Notes under the pieces: generated by a model
Seen by the model: the letters and a program-made list of their open reading frames with translations, nothing else
Told to the model about the DNA's origin: nothing
The model's database searches: none
Origin: Chiloscyllium plagiosum
Lineage: Eukaryota
Length of the DNA stretch: 53,357 bases
Reading direction: 5' to 3'
NCBI RefSeq assembly: GCF_004010195.1
Contig: NC_057752.1
Coordinates: forward strand, 5,249,936-5,303,292
Position numbers and translations under genes: made by a program
In this document: positions 1 to 11,601 of the stretch, in pieces
How the letters are laid out: each line of letters starts with the position of its first letter
How positions within the stretch are numbered: the first letter of the stretch is position 1

Positions 1-387
1 ACGACGGTTGGAGGAAGAGCGCCTTATCTTCCACCTAGGAACCGTCCAACCACAAGGGATGAACTCGGATTTCACCAGTTTCCTCATTCTCCCTCCCCCC
101 ACCTTGTCTCAGTCAAATCCATCGAACTCAGCACTGCCTTCCTAACCTGCAATCTTCTTCCTGACCTCTCCGCCCCCACCCCAGTCTGACCTATCACCCT
201 CACCTTGACCTCCTTCCACCTATCACATTTCTGACGCCCCTCCCCCAAGTCCCTCCTCCCTACCTTTTATCTTAGCCTGCTGGACAAACTTTCCTCATTC
301 CTGAAGAAGGGCTTATGCCCGAAACGTCGATTCTCCTGTTCCCTGGATGCTGCCTGACCTGCTGCGCTTTTCCAGCAACACATTTTC
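1..387 (+). mobile_element. Penelope-like element 3' end (GIY-YIG C-terminus plus pLTR)
   Basis: Frame from base 2 reads RRLEEERLIFHLGTVQPQGMNSDFTSF, typical of the PLE endonuclease end. It is followed by a C-rich spacer and the hammerhead-bearing pLTR tail. Confidence 0.85.
296..333 (+). ncRNA. Minimal type I hammerhead ribozyme motif in PLE pLTR
   Basis: CTGAAGA (301-307), a, stem II gggc-ttat-gccc, GAAA (321-324), C, GTC (326-328). Stem III is the palindrome ACGT. Stem I is weak. Confidence 0.7.
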
Positions 388-2236
388 AGCATTAATTTGA
401 TAAAGGCTTTCAAATTTGAATCCACAGCATGTTGGTATATTAACCTGGGTGGCATACAAAATATTATTTTAAACCAAGTCTGCTTTGAACTTTGGAAATT
501 GAACAATTCTACATATCTGTAGTAACAAGAATGGAAGAGAAGGAAGTGAATGACTTCAAACAAGTTAGTTTTAGATGACAAATGCTTGATTTAGGGTTTG
601 ATATTGCCACAATATTCTAATAAATATTTTAGAAAGAAAGCTAATCTTACTGCAGGGTTGTGGTGTCAAGTTTTTACAAAGTGGCTTCCAGAAGTCCCAT
701 GACTGGCACCACACCCAAGAAGACAGGCAGACTGACGTGATTTCAGTATCAACCACTAAGAGACATTTCAAATTGATTTAACCCTTGGACAACATAATGG
801 GTGCTTCAAAAGATGAGAGAATTCAAAACTCATGAGAAAACAAGAGACTGGAAGGACACCACTGGAAATTCCAACATAATTGGCTTTGCTTTGTGGAATC
901 ATGATCTATCAAGGTTAATGTCATGGTGACCTTAAGCTTTTGATCTGTATAAGATGGGTTGTAAGATATCATGAGCAGAACTCAAATAGTTCTGAGGCAC
1001 ACCAGTGAAAGAAAGAGAGTGATTCTCAATAGAGAGACAGAAAAAGGCAACCCAGCTAAAGAACTGTTGTATTAAACCAAGGTACTGATGGCCATAACCT
1101 TTGGTGCTGTAAAAGTAAACTAAAATAACCTTCACTCTGACTTCAAGTTCTCAACCTTTCACCTCAGAAAGAGAATCTTCAAGCAAGTAACAGGAGTGCA
1201 ATGTTAACAGTCTACATGGTTCTTTCACCTTTAAGTATCTTTTATCCATACCTACTTTTAAGCTTTTGTATTTTAAACAATAACTCTTTTTACTTTCAGC
1301 ATAATAAACTAGCCTTTATCTTGTTGAAGACCAGCTTTACTACTTGTTGATTTTAAATTGGGACACAATCTGAAAGGGAAAAGTTAAATGAATTCTACAA
1401 ATTCACAGTTCACAGACTGCTCCCAAGACATGCTTGGTGTGGTTAAAATGCATTGTGAAAAGAATTATGGATTGTTGCAGTTAGCTTATTTTGTGTTGAC
1501 TGTTCCTTGCAATCTTCTAACCCTTCCATCTGTGTAGTCTCTGATTTAGGTTGCACAAAATTCTGATTTATGTGGAGATGTAACAGGAGTTTATAATGTG
1601 CATGTGGCCATTTTGTAGATTCTTGCGTGTGGGTTTACTAATTTAATTCTCCAATGCTCTACCTAAATTAAAGCCAAAAAACTCACTTAGCTGTGGAGAG
1701 AGAGAAACTATGATAAAACATTTTTAGTTTTGTAACTGTTGAACAGTCTGTCAGATTCTGGTAAGTTTTCTCCAGAATTTGATAAACTGACAGGTCTGTA
1801 ATTGCCTCTCTTTTGCCCACTAAAATAATCGGATAATGTTTACAGTTTTCTAATCTGAAAGCAAAATTCCTAAATCTCAAGGTTTTGAAAAAAATTCTGA
1901 ATAATGTAGCTGCAATTTGCCCTTATTTCACTTTGCTTTTGCCTCCAGAGTATTTTTTTAAAAATAAGTAATGTATGGATAAGTGAACTATCCAATGTTA
2001 AGCATCTTCGGACTGCATCTAATGTACTTCCATGGTCCTAGTGGACTATGTAAAAGTACTCCCCCAAATACTGCCATAATTTCAGTATATAACGAATAAA
2101 ATAGTTCTCCAAACTAATTTTTTGGGTTCTCCCCACGGCTTTTGCTTTGATTGAATAGGAAAGAGGAACAAGAACTTGTGGGTAATGAAAAAATAAGAGA
2201 GAAGTAACTACATCTGCATGTTGTACTGGACCTTGA

Positions 2237-2366
2237 GGGCAAAAGTGAGGACTGCAGATGCTGGAAATCAGAGTCCAGATTGGAGTGGTGCTGGAAAATC
2301 ACAGCAGGTCAGACAGCAGATGCTGCCTGACCTGCTGTGCTTTTCCAGCACCATTCTAATCTTGAC
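2237..2366. mobile_element. PLE pLTR inverted-repeat fragment
   Basis: gtggtgctggaaaatcacagcaggtcag ... ctgacctgctgtgcttttccagcacca are inverted copies of the same tail seen at 330-387. Confidence 0.75.
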
Positions 2367-2369
2367 ATT

Positions 2370-3984
2370 TCGCCTATTGAGTCTGCTCTGCCGTTCAATG
2401 CAATCATGGCTGATCTGATAGTACTCAACTCCACTTTCCTGCCTTTTTCCCCCATAATCCTTGACTCCCTGACTGATTACAAATCTGTCTATCTCAGCCT
2501 TGAATACACTTTTTGTAGCATTTGAGAGTCATGCAATTTTATAGTACATAAAGAGGCCCTTTTGGCCTATTTTGTCCATGGCAGTCATCAAATACCTATT
2601 TACTCTCATTCTATTTCCTAGCACTTGATGCATAGCCTTGAATGTTGTGCATTTCACGTGTTCATTAAAATACTTCTCAAAAATTGTTATGGTTCCTACC
2701 TCTACCACCCTTCCCAGACAATGAGTTCCAGATACCCACCACCTTCTTCAGTGCCTTAATTAATAAAGGGAAGTATCACAAAATCAGTCTTAACCATCTT
2801 AATCACCTGTCCATATGTTTTCAAGGATCTATGGACCTGAACACCAAGGTCCCTCTGATCCTCTGTTCTTCCCAGGATCCTACTATCCATTGCTTACTCC
2901 CTTGCCTTTTTAGTCCTCCCAAAATGCATCACCACCTACCTGTGTTACATCACAGGGTAAACCCCCTGCTTAATTTAAACATGTAACACAAAAGATTTAT
3001 CTCGTGCAGTAGTCTGTGAAAATTTGAGAGGCCAAGAACTAGTTAAAGTAACAACTTTATTTCTTAAAGTAAACAGAGAATAATTTAACTAACCACTAGT
3101 TACAACTCCAACCTCTAACCTATCTTTCACTTTCCCTTCTATAATAGGAGTCCGATAAAACCCCTGATTAAGACTTAACAAAATTTCAAAACCAGCCAGC
3201 TGTCCCGAATCATCTCTTTATATCTTCCTCTGTCGTCTTCTTGGGGATTTCTGTTTCACAGCTCACTGATCGATTAAAGGTACCTTTTAAAGATATTTTT
3301 CAGGCAGTCTGTACATGCTGGTGGCTTGGCAGTTGTCCCTCAACTGTTCAATTTTTCCCGGTCTTGTAGCCCAAAGCATCGGATTGTTTCATTTGGGTTT
3401 TAATATTGTCAATATACTAAATTCAAACTTGATTGGAGATTGGTATTTTGGGGTATAATTTAAACTGGCTGAACTTTAATTTGTTTTGTCATCTCCAGGC
3501 AACTCAGCTAATCCAGCTGTTTGACCAAATGTTACATTGTTACTTTATTCAGAACACTTGGTGCTGTATCAGGTAGATCTGTTGGTTTTTAACTCTCAAA
3601 GGTACAGTACACCTGTCTGGAAAAAAAAAATTTCATTGTTCTCTCCATCTAATTAGCCTGTCTATATTGTTCTGTAGTTTAAGGCTTCCTTCTCATGATT
3701 TACCACGCCACCCCAATTCTGTCCCTTGGAGTTTTTCCAAATGTTTCCCTACCACTGATATTAGACTTACTGACTTGTAGTCCTCTGGTTTATCCTTACT
3801 ACTCTTCTTGAATAATGGTACTACATTAGCTGTCCTTCAGTCCTCTGGCACATCTCCTGTGGCCAGAGACCATTTGGAAATGAACATCAGGACCCCTGCA
3901 ATTCCATCCCTTACCTCCCATAGCAGCCTGGGATACATCTCAGGGATTTAAAGATATTTTAAGCCTGCTAATACCTCCTACCTC
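2370..3984 (-). mobile_element. Decayed CR1 LINE fragments (3' UTR and RT), split by the solo LTR
   Basis: CR1 3' tail (caatcatggctgatctg) and RT-region sequence. The CR1 reads through when 2943-3611 is removed. Confidence 0.65.
2943..3611 (-). mobile_element. Solo LTR (669 bp)
   Basis: TG...CA termini (tgttac ... gtaca) with a 4-bp TSD cctg (2939-2942 and 3612-3615). Minus-strand AATAAA near 3056-3062. Interrupts a CR1. Confidence 0.75.
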
Positions 3985-4111
3985 CTGATGAAGGGCTTTT
4001 GCCTGAAACGTCGATTTTACTGCTCCTCAGATGCTGCCTGAACTGCTGTACTCTTCCAGTACCACTAATCCAGAATCTGGTTTTCAGCATCCGCAGTCAT
4101 TGTTTTTACCT
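3985..4111 (+). mobile_element. Short PLE pLTR insertion starting at a hammerhead core
   Basis: 14-bp TSD atacctcctacctc (3971-3984 and 4112-4125). CTGATGA at 3985-3991, GAAA at 4005-4008, GTC at 4010-4012. Confidence 0.8.
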
Positions 4112-4309
4112 ATACCTCCTACCTCTCTGTTGTAATTTGTTCAAGTATGTCACAGTCCTCCTCCCTGATTTCAATACATGCATCATCCACAGTGAATACA
4201 AAAATGACCCATCTTCGACAGACAATCTGTGGTAAAGAATTCCTCAGATTCACTCCCCTCTGAGAGAAGAAATTCATCTGCATCTGTTTTAATTGGGTGT
4301 CCACTTTCT

Positions 4310-4750
4310 CTACAGGTGGGAGGTAATTGTGATAGATCGGTGGGGAGGGTGGAGTGGATAGGTGGGAAGGAAGACGGACAGGTCAAGAGGGCGGTGCCGG
4401 TTTGGATCTGGGATGAGGTGGGAGGAAGAGAGATCTGGAAACTGGTAAAGTTATGGTTGAGTGCCATGTGGTTGTAGGGTCCCCAAGGTGGAAGATATGA
4501 GGCATTCTTCCTCTCGTTGACGGGTGGCTTTGATTTGGCGGTGTCCTTGGGGGAGTTGAAGTGGTCGGCCACAGGGCAGTGGGGTTGTTTGGTGCAGGTG
4601 GACCAGAGCCCTCCACATTCCTGATGAAGGCCTTATGCTGAAACGTCGACTGTCCTGCTCCTCGGATGCTGCCTGACCTGCTGTGGTTTTCCAGCACCAC
4701 ACTTTTTGACTCTGACTCTCCAGCATCCACAGTCTTCACTTTCTCCTTTT
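4310..4750. mobile_element. PLE: minus-strand GIY-YIG C-terminal remnant plus a plus-strand pLTR with degenerate hammerhead
   Basis: Minus-strand frames give ADHFNSP, HIFHLG, LGTLQPHG and NFTSF. CTGATGA...GAAACGTC lies at 4621-4647. Confidence 0.75.
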
Positions 4751-5012
4751 GAAATAAACACCAACTTTCCATTTGCCTTTCCTATTATTCACTGAATTTG
4801 GGTGCTCGCTTTTTGTGACTAATGCATGAGGAGTGCCAAATTCTTCTGTCCCATAGCTTTCTGCATTCTTTCTCCATTTTGATAATATTCAGCTCCTCTA
4901 TTCATTCTCCCGAAGTGCATAACCTCACATTTTCCTAGATTAGATTCCATCTACCAAGTTATTGCCCAATCACGTAAACTGTCTATATCCCTCTGTAGAC
5001 CCTGATGTTAGT

Positions 5013-5328
5013 GGGTGGCACGGTAGTACAGTGGTTAGCACTGTTGCCTCACAGCGCCAGAGACCCGGGTTCAATTCCCGCCTCAGGTGACTGTGTGGAG
5101 TTTGCACGTTCTCCCCGTGTCTGCGTGGGTTTCCTCCGGGTGCTCCGGTTTCCTCCCACAGTCCAAAGATGTGCAGGGCAGGTGAATTAGCCATGCTAAA
5201 TTGCCCGTAGTGTTAGGTACAGAGGTAAATGTAGGGGTATGGGTGGGTTACACTTCGGTGGGTCAGTGTGAATTTGTTGGGCCGAAGGGCCTGTTTCCAC
5301 ACTGTAATGTAATCTAATCTAATCTAAT
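5013..5328 (+). mobile_element. HE1 / V-SINE (tRNA-derived shark SINE)
   Basis: tRNA-like head with A box and B box (ggttcaattcc), V-domain gtggagtttgcacgttctccccgtgtctgcgtgggtttcctccgggtgctccggtttcctccc, CR1-like tail and (aatct)n end. Confidence 0.92.
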
Positions 5329-5694
5329 CCTCACCTTCTGCTTTCCCACCTATTTTTGTCATCCATAAACCTGGCTACAGTACATGCATTTCCTCATCCA
5401 TGCCATTAATATATGTTGTAAATAATCCCAACACCCCACAAATTATAGGCGATGGAATCTCTAAACTGCATGGCTGTGCACTTGCTTGTCTGTGCAGACA
5501 CAGTGATTTGGACTTTTGGAAGCTGCTGCCGAACACAGACTGGAGATCTAAGCAGCAGCAGGAAAATTTGGAGGAAACCTAGATTACAGATTGCCGTTCT
5601 GAAAAGGTCCCCTCTATACCAAAATGTTCTCCTATTAATTAGCCAGTCCTCTCTCTATGCTAATATATTAGCTTAGACACCATATGCTCTTGGT

Positions 5695-5858
5695 GGAAGT
5701 GGATACTACAGATGCTGGAGATCAGAGTCAAGATTAGAGTGGTTCTGGAAAAGCACAGCAGGTCAGGCAGCATCCGAGGAGCAGGAAAATTGACGTTTCG
5801 GGCAAAAGCCCTCCATCATTCCAGATGCTGCCTGATCTGTGCTTTTCCAGCACCACTC
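5695..5858. mobile_element. PLE pLTR inverted fragment with degenerate hammerhead on the minus strand
   Basis: tgacgtttcgggcaaaagccctccatca lies between inverted pLTR tails. Confidence 0.75.
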
Positions 5859-6366
5859 GCCTTATGTTCTTGTCTTATTAAGTAACCTAACCTGTGGTAC
5901 CTTTTTATTAAACATGTTTTGAAAATCTAAATAGAGTACATCTGTTGGTTCCCTTTTTAAACCTATTCTGCTTTTTTACCTCCTTGAAAGAATTCTAATA
6001 AATTTGTCAGGCATGACTTTACGTTCATGAAACCATACTCCCCCTTCTTGATTTGTATTATATATTTTGTACTAGCAGAGCATTTATTCCTTTCTAACAG
6101 ATTCTAGCATTTTCCCAATGACAAGCTAGCTTGCCTCTCATTTTTTGTTTCTTTTTGTCTCCTTCCCTTTTTGAATAAGAATGTCACATTAGCAGTTTCC
6201 CAATCCTCTATGACTCATGTAAGAATGTAAGGATGCTTGGAAGTTTGCTGCCAGTGCATTTGCTGTCTTTGTAGCTACTTCCTTTAATATTCCAATTATT
6301 TACCTGTTCCTCATCTATCTTCCTGGTGTTTAAGGCATAAAATTATTCTATAATGGATTTAAATCA

Positions 6367-6662
6367 GGGCGGCACGGTGGCACAGTGGTTAGCACTGCTG
6401 CCTCACAGCGCCAGAGACCCGGGTTCAATTCCCGCCTCAGGCGACTGTCTGTGTGGAGTTTGCACGTTCTCCCCGTGTTTGCGTGGGTTTCCTCCGGGTG
6501 CTCCGGTTTCCTCCCACAGTCCAAAGATGTGCAGGTCAGGTGAATTGGCCATGCTAAATTGCCCGTAGTGTTAGGTAATGTAGGGGAATGGGTGGGTTAC
6601 GCTTCGGTGGGTCGGTGTGGACTTGTTGGGTCGAAGGGCCTGTTTCCACACTAAGTAATCTA
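6367..6662 (+). mobile_element. HE1 / V-SINE
   Basis: ggcggcacggtggcacagtggttagcactgctgcctcacagcgccagagacccgggttcaattccc head, V-domain and tail. Confidence 0.93.
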
Positions 6663-7173
6663 AAAATGTTTAGCCAAATGGATTTGTTGGAAGCACCAAA
6701 AAAGTTTTGTTTTGAAACTTGAGGTTTGGTGGATGTGATATAATGCATACATTTCATGAAGGCACAATCCCTGTTCTGAGTTAGGGGATCTCAGAAGTCG
6801 TGTCTATAACGAAACTACTTTGGTATGTATAAAAAGAATTTGTCAAATGTAGCGTGCAGTTGTGATGCCCATTGTTGAATATGTTTCTACACTCTTATTT
6901 GAGGATCCATGAATTATGGCTATTTTGGTGAATTGTTGAATGATGTCCATAGAACTCCAAATTGTGTATATGCCTTCAGGAAGGGAGAAAAGCTGGGGTA
7001 GGGTGGAGAATGTTGCATGGTAGCTTTTAAATGTTTTCAATTTGGCAACTTGGTTTAAATGTGGCACTGAGACTGCCATACTTCCTTGGTATTCTATGTT
7101 AAGAGATGTTGTAGTGCAGTGAAATGTGGACGTTTCTAGGCTTGGTGGCATTGGAACACTAGGTAAATATTTA

Positions 7174-7414
7174 GTTAAAAATCACACAACACCAGGTTAT
7201 AGTCCAACAGGTTTAATTGGAAGCACCATGTTATAGTCCAACAGGTTTAATTGGAAGCACTAGCTTTCAGAGTGCTGCTCCTTCAGAGGTGGTTGTGGGA
7301 TAAAGGAGAAGCGCTCTGAAAGCTAGTGCTTCCAATTAAACCTGTTGGACTATAACCTGGTGTTGTGATTTTTAACTTTGTACAACCCAGTCCAATACCG
7401 GCATCTCCAAATCA
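7174..7414. mobile_element. PLE (second family) inverted pLTR pair with an internal ~32-bp tandem duplication
   Basis: gttaaaaatcacacaacaccaggttatagtccaacagg ... cctgttggactataacctggtgttgtgatttttaac are inverted arms. gttatagtccaacaggtttaattggaagcac occurs twice. Confidence 0.8.
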
Positions 7415-7804
7415 TACATAAATATTGTAAATATTGTTTCTCTCTTTTTCTTTACTATCCACTTTACGGTTGAATTATGTTTGCTGTTGGTGATGGAACT
7501 ACCTTTCGGGAATCTTAATATGGTATCAGCAAACCATTTGACTAGCGTTCAGTGCTAGGGAGTGTTGAATTTGGGTGTATAATATTGGTTTGTGCCGAGT
7601 AGTTGGTGGTCTTTGAAGATATGTGATGTTCTCTGCTCCTAATCATTTGTCCTAGTTTTGCACGATCTGTGCACCTGAATTTATAGAAATCTTCTTACCT
7701 TCCCAGCCCCCTCATACCATCACCTTCATTGGCCCTGATTCAGTTGGTCTGAGTCAAATTGCCATGAGTTCAAACTCACTTCTGAGATTAGAGAATGCAA
7801 CCTA

Positions 7805-8160
7805 GTTCAAAGTTTGTGAAAAGATTTGTAGCTCGGGTGCTCGTTGTTGTGGTTCTGTTCGCCGAGCTGGGAATTTGTGTTGCAGACGTTTCGTCCCCTG
7901 TCTAGGTGACATCCTCAGTGCTTGGGAGCCTCCTGTGAAGCGCTTCTGTGATGTTTCCTCCGGCATTTGTAGTGGTTTGAATCTGCCGCTTCCGGTTGTC
8001 AGTACCAGCTGTCTGTTGCAGTGGCCGGTATATTGGGTCCAGGTCGATGTGCTTATTGATTGAGTCTGTGGATGAGTGCCATGCCTCTAGGAATTCCCTG
8101 GCTGTTCTCTGTTTGGCTTGTCCTATAAAATAATAGTGTTGTCCCAGTCAAATTCATGAA
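7805..8160 (-). mobile_element. Penelope/Poseidon-type PLE 3' end
   Basis: Minus strand encodes IGQAKQRTAREFLEAWHSSTDSINKHIDLDPIYRPLQ (GIY-YIG C-terminus), followed by a hammerhead-containing terminus. Confidence 0.85.
7882..7921 (-). ncRNA. Minimal hammerhead ribozyme motif (intact)
   Basis: Minus strand: gca CTGAGGA t gtcacct-agac-aggggac GAAA C GTC tgc. Stem I gca/tgc pairs. Confidence 0.8.
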
Positions 8161-8869
8161 TGAACCCTGTAAGATGGTTGACAGTTCCTTTTATATGTTA
8201 TACCACACTAATTTAACTAAATTGGTATTGGGTCATTGTTAGCAATTTGAAATGGTACTTGAAATATTGCTCAACTGTATAATTCAGTTTTAAAAATATT
8301 TTACTTGTGTCTTAGAATTTGTGTCCTCTTTATTGCCTGTAATCTCTGACATTTTCTAACAGGTGTGTCTTTTCATACCCTTGATGTATCCCAATTAAAT
8401 AATTTTAACAGCAAACTTTTGAGCATATTAAAAATAAATTCTCACACACTTGCCCCAGGTTTAATACATGTGTTCTCACATGCACACTCTCAAAGGTTGG
8501 TTTACAGGTAAAGGTAATACAGTTATGGTTAACTCAGTCTCTGGTTTAAGAGCTCCAGTCTCCTGCAAGGCAGGCCTATAGTTTGTTTTTGGGTGGTTTC
8601 AATGCCTTCAGTGAGGTTTTTGGAAAGGGAAATGTTATTATTAGGCTGTGAGGTTTCCTGAAGTTGAATTTCCAGAAGGTTGATTCTTAACTTGAAATTG
8701 GAATAGGTTGGCATCACCACAACTGTGACTAATTTTAGATTTCAGATTTAAACCCGATACATTCAACATTAAAGAGGAGAAATAGTGATTTTTTTTTTTC
8801 CTCCTCAATTGGGTAGTCATCATTACCTGGCATGTTCTACATTATCCAGACCAGGAAGGTCCCATATTC

Positions 8870-8980
8870 TATGTTGAAACATCGACTTCTCCACCTCCTG
8901 ATGCTGCCTGGCTTGCTGTGCTCTTCCAGCCTCTTGCCTGTCTACTTTGGATTACAGTATCTGCACTTTTGTTTTAGTCT
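8870..8980 (+). mobile_element. PLE pLTR fragment
   Basis: gaaacatcgacttctccacctcctgatgctgcctggcttgctgtgctcttccagc. Confidence 0.65.
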
Positions 8981-9494
8981 CTGATCTCTGTTGTTGGCAA
9001 ATCTTGTTCAAAGTATGTGAACAGTACTTTTGATGAGTGCAGGCATATCGAGACCAGGGAGGAAAAATAATCACCTTGTGTTTTTGCCCCAGATTGCTAT
9101 CAAGTGACACCTGGAACTTACAGATGTGTTGATGACATCTGAGAAGATTATGATGCTTTGCGGTGAAGAGTACTGCCTTCAGTCAGTAAGATAAGAAGCT
9201 GTTTGAGGGCTGCTGGAAGCACAAGTCTGTTGCTCTACTGACTGCATGACCCAGGCTCCTATGTGGAAACATATCCTAATCTGAAGCAAATGATATCAGA
9301 AGATCAGGGTGGGTGGTGATAATAAGACCCAAATAAAATGGCCATTGTGGTCAAAGGGGGAGAAAGCCAAATGGAAATGCTGATTAGGTACAATGTTTGT
9401 TTTCTTAATATGGAATGGATACTCTCTTTTCACCAAAGAATTTAGGTTTGGATCCTGGACTGGGCATGGGGAAAATCCCAGCAACGTTGTGCAA

Positions 9495-10028
9495 GTGTGG
9501 TAAGGTCCTAGAGTGTTGCTGAACAAAGTGACCTTGGAGTGCAAGTTCACAGCTCCTTGAAAATTGAGTAACAGGTAGATAGGATAGTGAAGAAGGCATT
9601 TGGTATGCTTTCCTTTATTGGTCAAAGTATTGAGTACAGGAGTTGGGAGGTCATGTTGTGGCTGTACAGGACATTGGTTAGGCCACTGTTGGAATATTGC
9701 GTGCAATTCTGGTCTCCTTCCTGTCGGAAAGATGTTGTGAAACTTGAAAGGGTTCAGAAAAGATTTACAAGAATGTTGCCAGGGTTCTAAGGGGCAACAT
9801 TTTTATGCAGAGGGTGGTATGTGTATGGAATGAGTTGCAAGAGGAAGTGGTGGAGGCTGGTACAATTGCAACATTGAAAAGGCATCTGGATGTGTACATG
9901 AATAGGAAGAGTTTGGAGGGATATGGGCTGGGTGCTGGCAGGTGGAACTAGATTGTGTTGGGATATCTGGTTGGCATGGACAAGTTGGACTGAAGGGTCT
10001 GTTTCCGTGCTGTACCTCTCTGACTCTA
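9495..10028 (+). mobile_element. CR1 LINE 3' portion (RT C-terminus and 3' UTR)
   Basis: ORF 9587-9790 reads LYRTLVRPLLEYCVQFWSP...LERVQKRFTRMLPG. Tail gaagggtctgtttccgtgctgtac. Confidence 0.9.
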
Positions 10029-10169
10029 AGCAGTTCTTGGAATAAAAGCAGTACTAAGTGCAGTGTGTTGGAAAGATGAAATGTATGTAGAAGTGTTTTT
10101 TTAGAAAATGGGCTGGGGATGAAATATAGTAATAAAGGATGTGAATTTTGAAGTTAAAAATCATTTTTG

Positions 10170-10866
10170 TGTAAAAGATGTACAAGGATATTGCCAGGGT
10201 TGGAGGGCTTGAGCTATAGGGAGAGGCTGAATAGGCTGGGGTTGTTTTCCCTGGAGCGTCTGTGGCTGAGGGGTGACCTTATAAAATCATGAGTGTCATG
10301 GATAGGGTAAATAGATAAGGTATTTCCCCTGGGGTGAGGGAGTCCAGAACTACAGGGCATAGGTTTAGGGTGAGAGGGGAATGATTTTAAAAGGGACCTA
10401 AAGGGCAGCTTTTTCACACAGAGGGTGGTGCGTGTATGGAATGAGCTGCCAGAGGAAGTGGTTGAGGCTGGTATAATTACAACATTTAAAAGGCATCTGA
10501 ATGGGTTAGGAGAAAGGTGAGGACTGCAAATACTGGAGATCAGGGTCGACAGTGTGGTGTGGCAAAAGCACAGCAGGTTAAGCAGCATCTGAGGAGCAGA
10601 AGAATTGACATTTCAGGCATAAGTCCTCCTGATGAAGGGCTTATGCCCGCAATGTCAATTCTCCTGCTCCTTTGGATACTGCCTGATCTGCTGTGCTTTT
10701 CTGGCACCACACACACACATCTGAACGGGTACATGAGTAGAAAGGGGTTTAGAGGGATATGGGCCAAATGCTGGGAAATGAGACTAGATTGATTTTAGGA
10801 TATCTGGTCGGCATGGACGAGTTAAACTGAAGGGTCTGTTTCCGTGCTGTACATCTCTATGACCCT
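10170..10866 (+). mobile_element. CR1 3' end with a nested PLE inverted pLTR (10507-10717)
   Basis: CR1 3' sequence interrupted by a PLE. 13-bp TSD catctgaa(t/c)gggt at 10494-10506 and 10718-10730. Confidence 0.88.
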
Positions 10867-11295
10867 GTACAGACCTCTAATAAAATTGGCTCAAACTAAG
10901 TGGTTATAACTATTTCAATCAATCTGTTCAGACATGTTTATGACACCTCTGGAACATGTAGGACTTGTACCCAGACCTTTGAACCCAAGGTAATCACTAT
11001 ACCACAAGAGACTTAGTGTTTCATATTGTTGCTAGATTGCCCTGAGTGCAATTCTCTATTTGCACTTCCTAGTGGAGATTGTGGTGTGTCCATTAGAGGG
11101 CAACATAAAAGAGTTTTTACCAACTTAAATGCTGTCTTTATTAAAACAGAATTTAAAGGGTTAGTGTCGGTACAAAAATACAAGGCTGGTCATAAAATCC
11201 AAATGCAAACATATTTTAAACAGCCATACCTCTTGATTTATGCTCTGAATTGTCATGACAGCTACTTTTGAAACCCAGGTAAAGTTGAATCTGTT

Positions 11296-11601
11296 CTAGT
11301 TTTGATTTGGAGACGTCTGTGTTGGACTGGGGTGTACAAGGTTAAAAATCACACAGCACCAGGTTATAGTCGAACAGGTTTATTTAGAAGCACTAGCTTT
11401 CGGAGCGCTGCTCCTTCATCAGGTGATTGTGGAGAATAAGATTGTAAGACACGGAAATATTAGCAAACTTTGCTAATATTTCCATGTCTTACAACCTTCT
11501 TCTCCACAACTGCCTGATGAAGGAACAGCGCTCCAAAAGCTAGTACTTCCAAATAAACCTGTTGGACTATAACCTGTTGTGTGATTTTTAACCTAGTTTT
11601 G
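11296..11601. mobile_element. Palindromic PLE pLTR insertion with hammerhead motifs on both arms
   Basis: Inverted arms of about 125 bp centred on aatattagcaaa-c-tttgctaatatt. TSD ctagttttg at both ends. Confidence 0.85.
11391..11425 (-). ncRNA. Minimal hammerhead ribozyme motif (intact)
   Basis: Minus strand: cac CTGATGA a ggag-cagcg-ctcc GAAA GC TA gtg. Stem I cac/gtg; palindromic stem III AGCT. Confidence 0.8.

Larger units (their letters stand above)
4752..6300 (-). mobile_element. Old CR1 RT fragment interrupted by an HE1 SINE and a PLE fragment
   Basis: Degenerate CR1 RT sequence (gtgcataacctcacattttcc; aaatttgtcaggcatgact). Confidence 0.55.

Noticed and set aside
400..1420. Possible additional LTR (AATAAA near 1303); similar impression at about 39510-40240
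   Set aside because: I could not define TG...CA termini, a TSD or a second copy.
5013..5090. tRNA gene (also 6367-6440)
   Set aside because: These are tRNA-derived heads of HE1 SINEs that continue into the V-domain.
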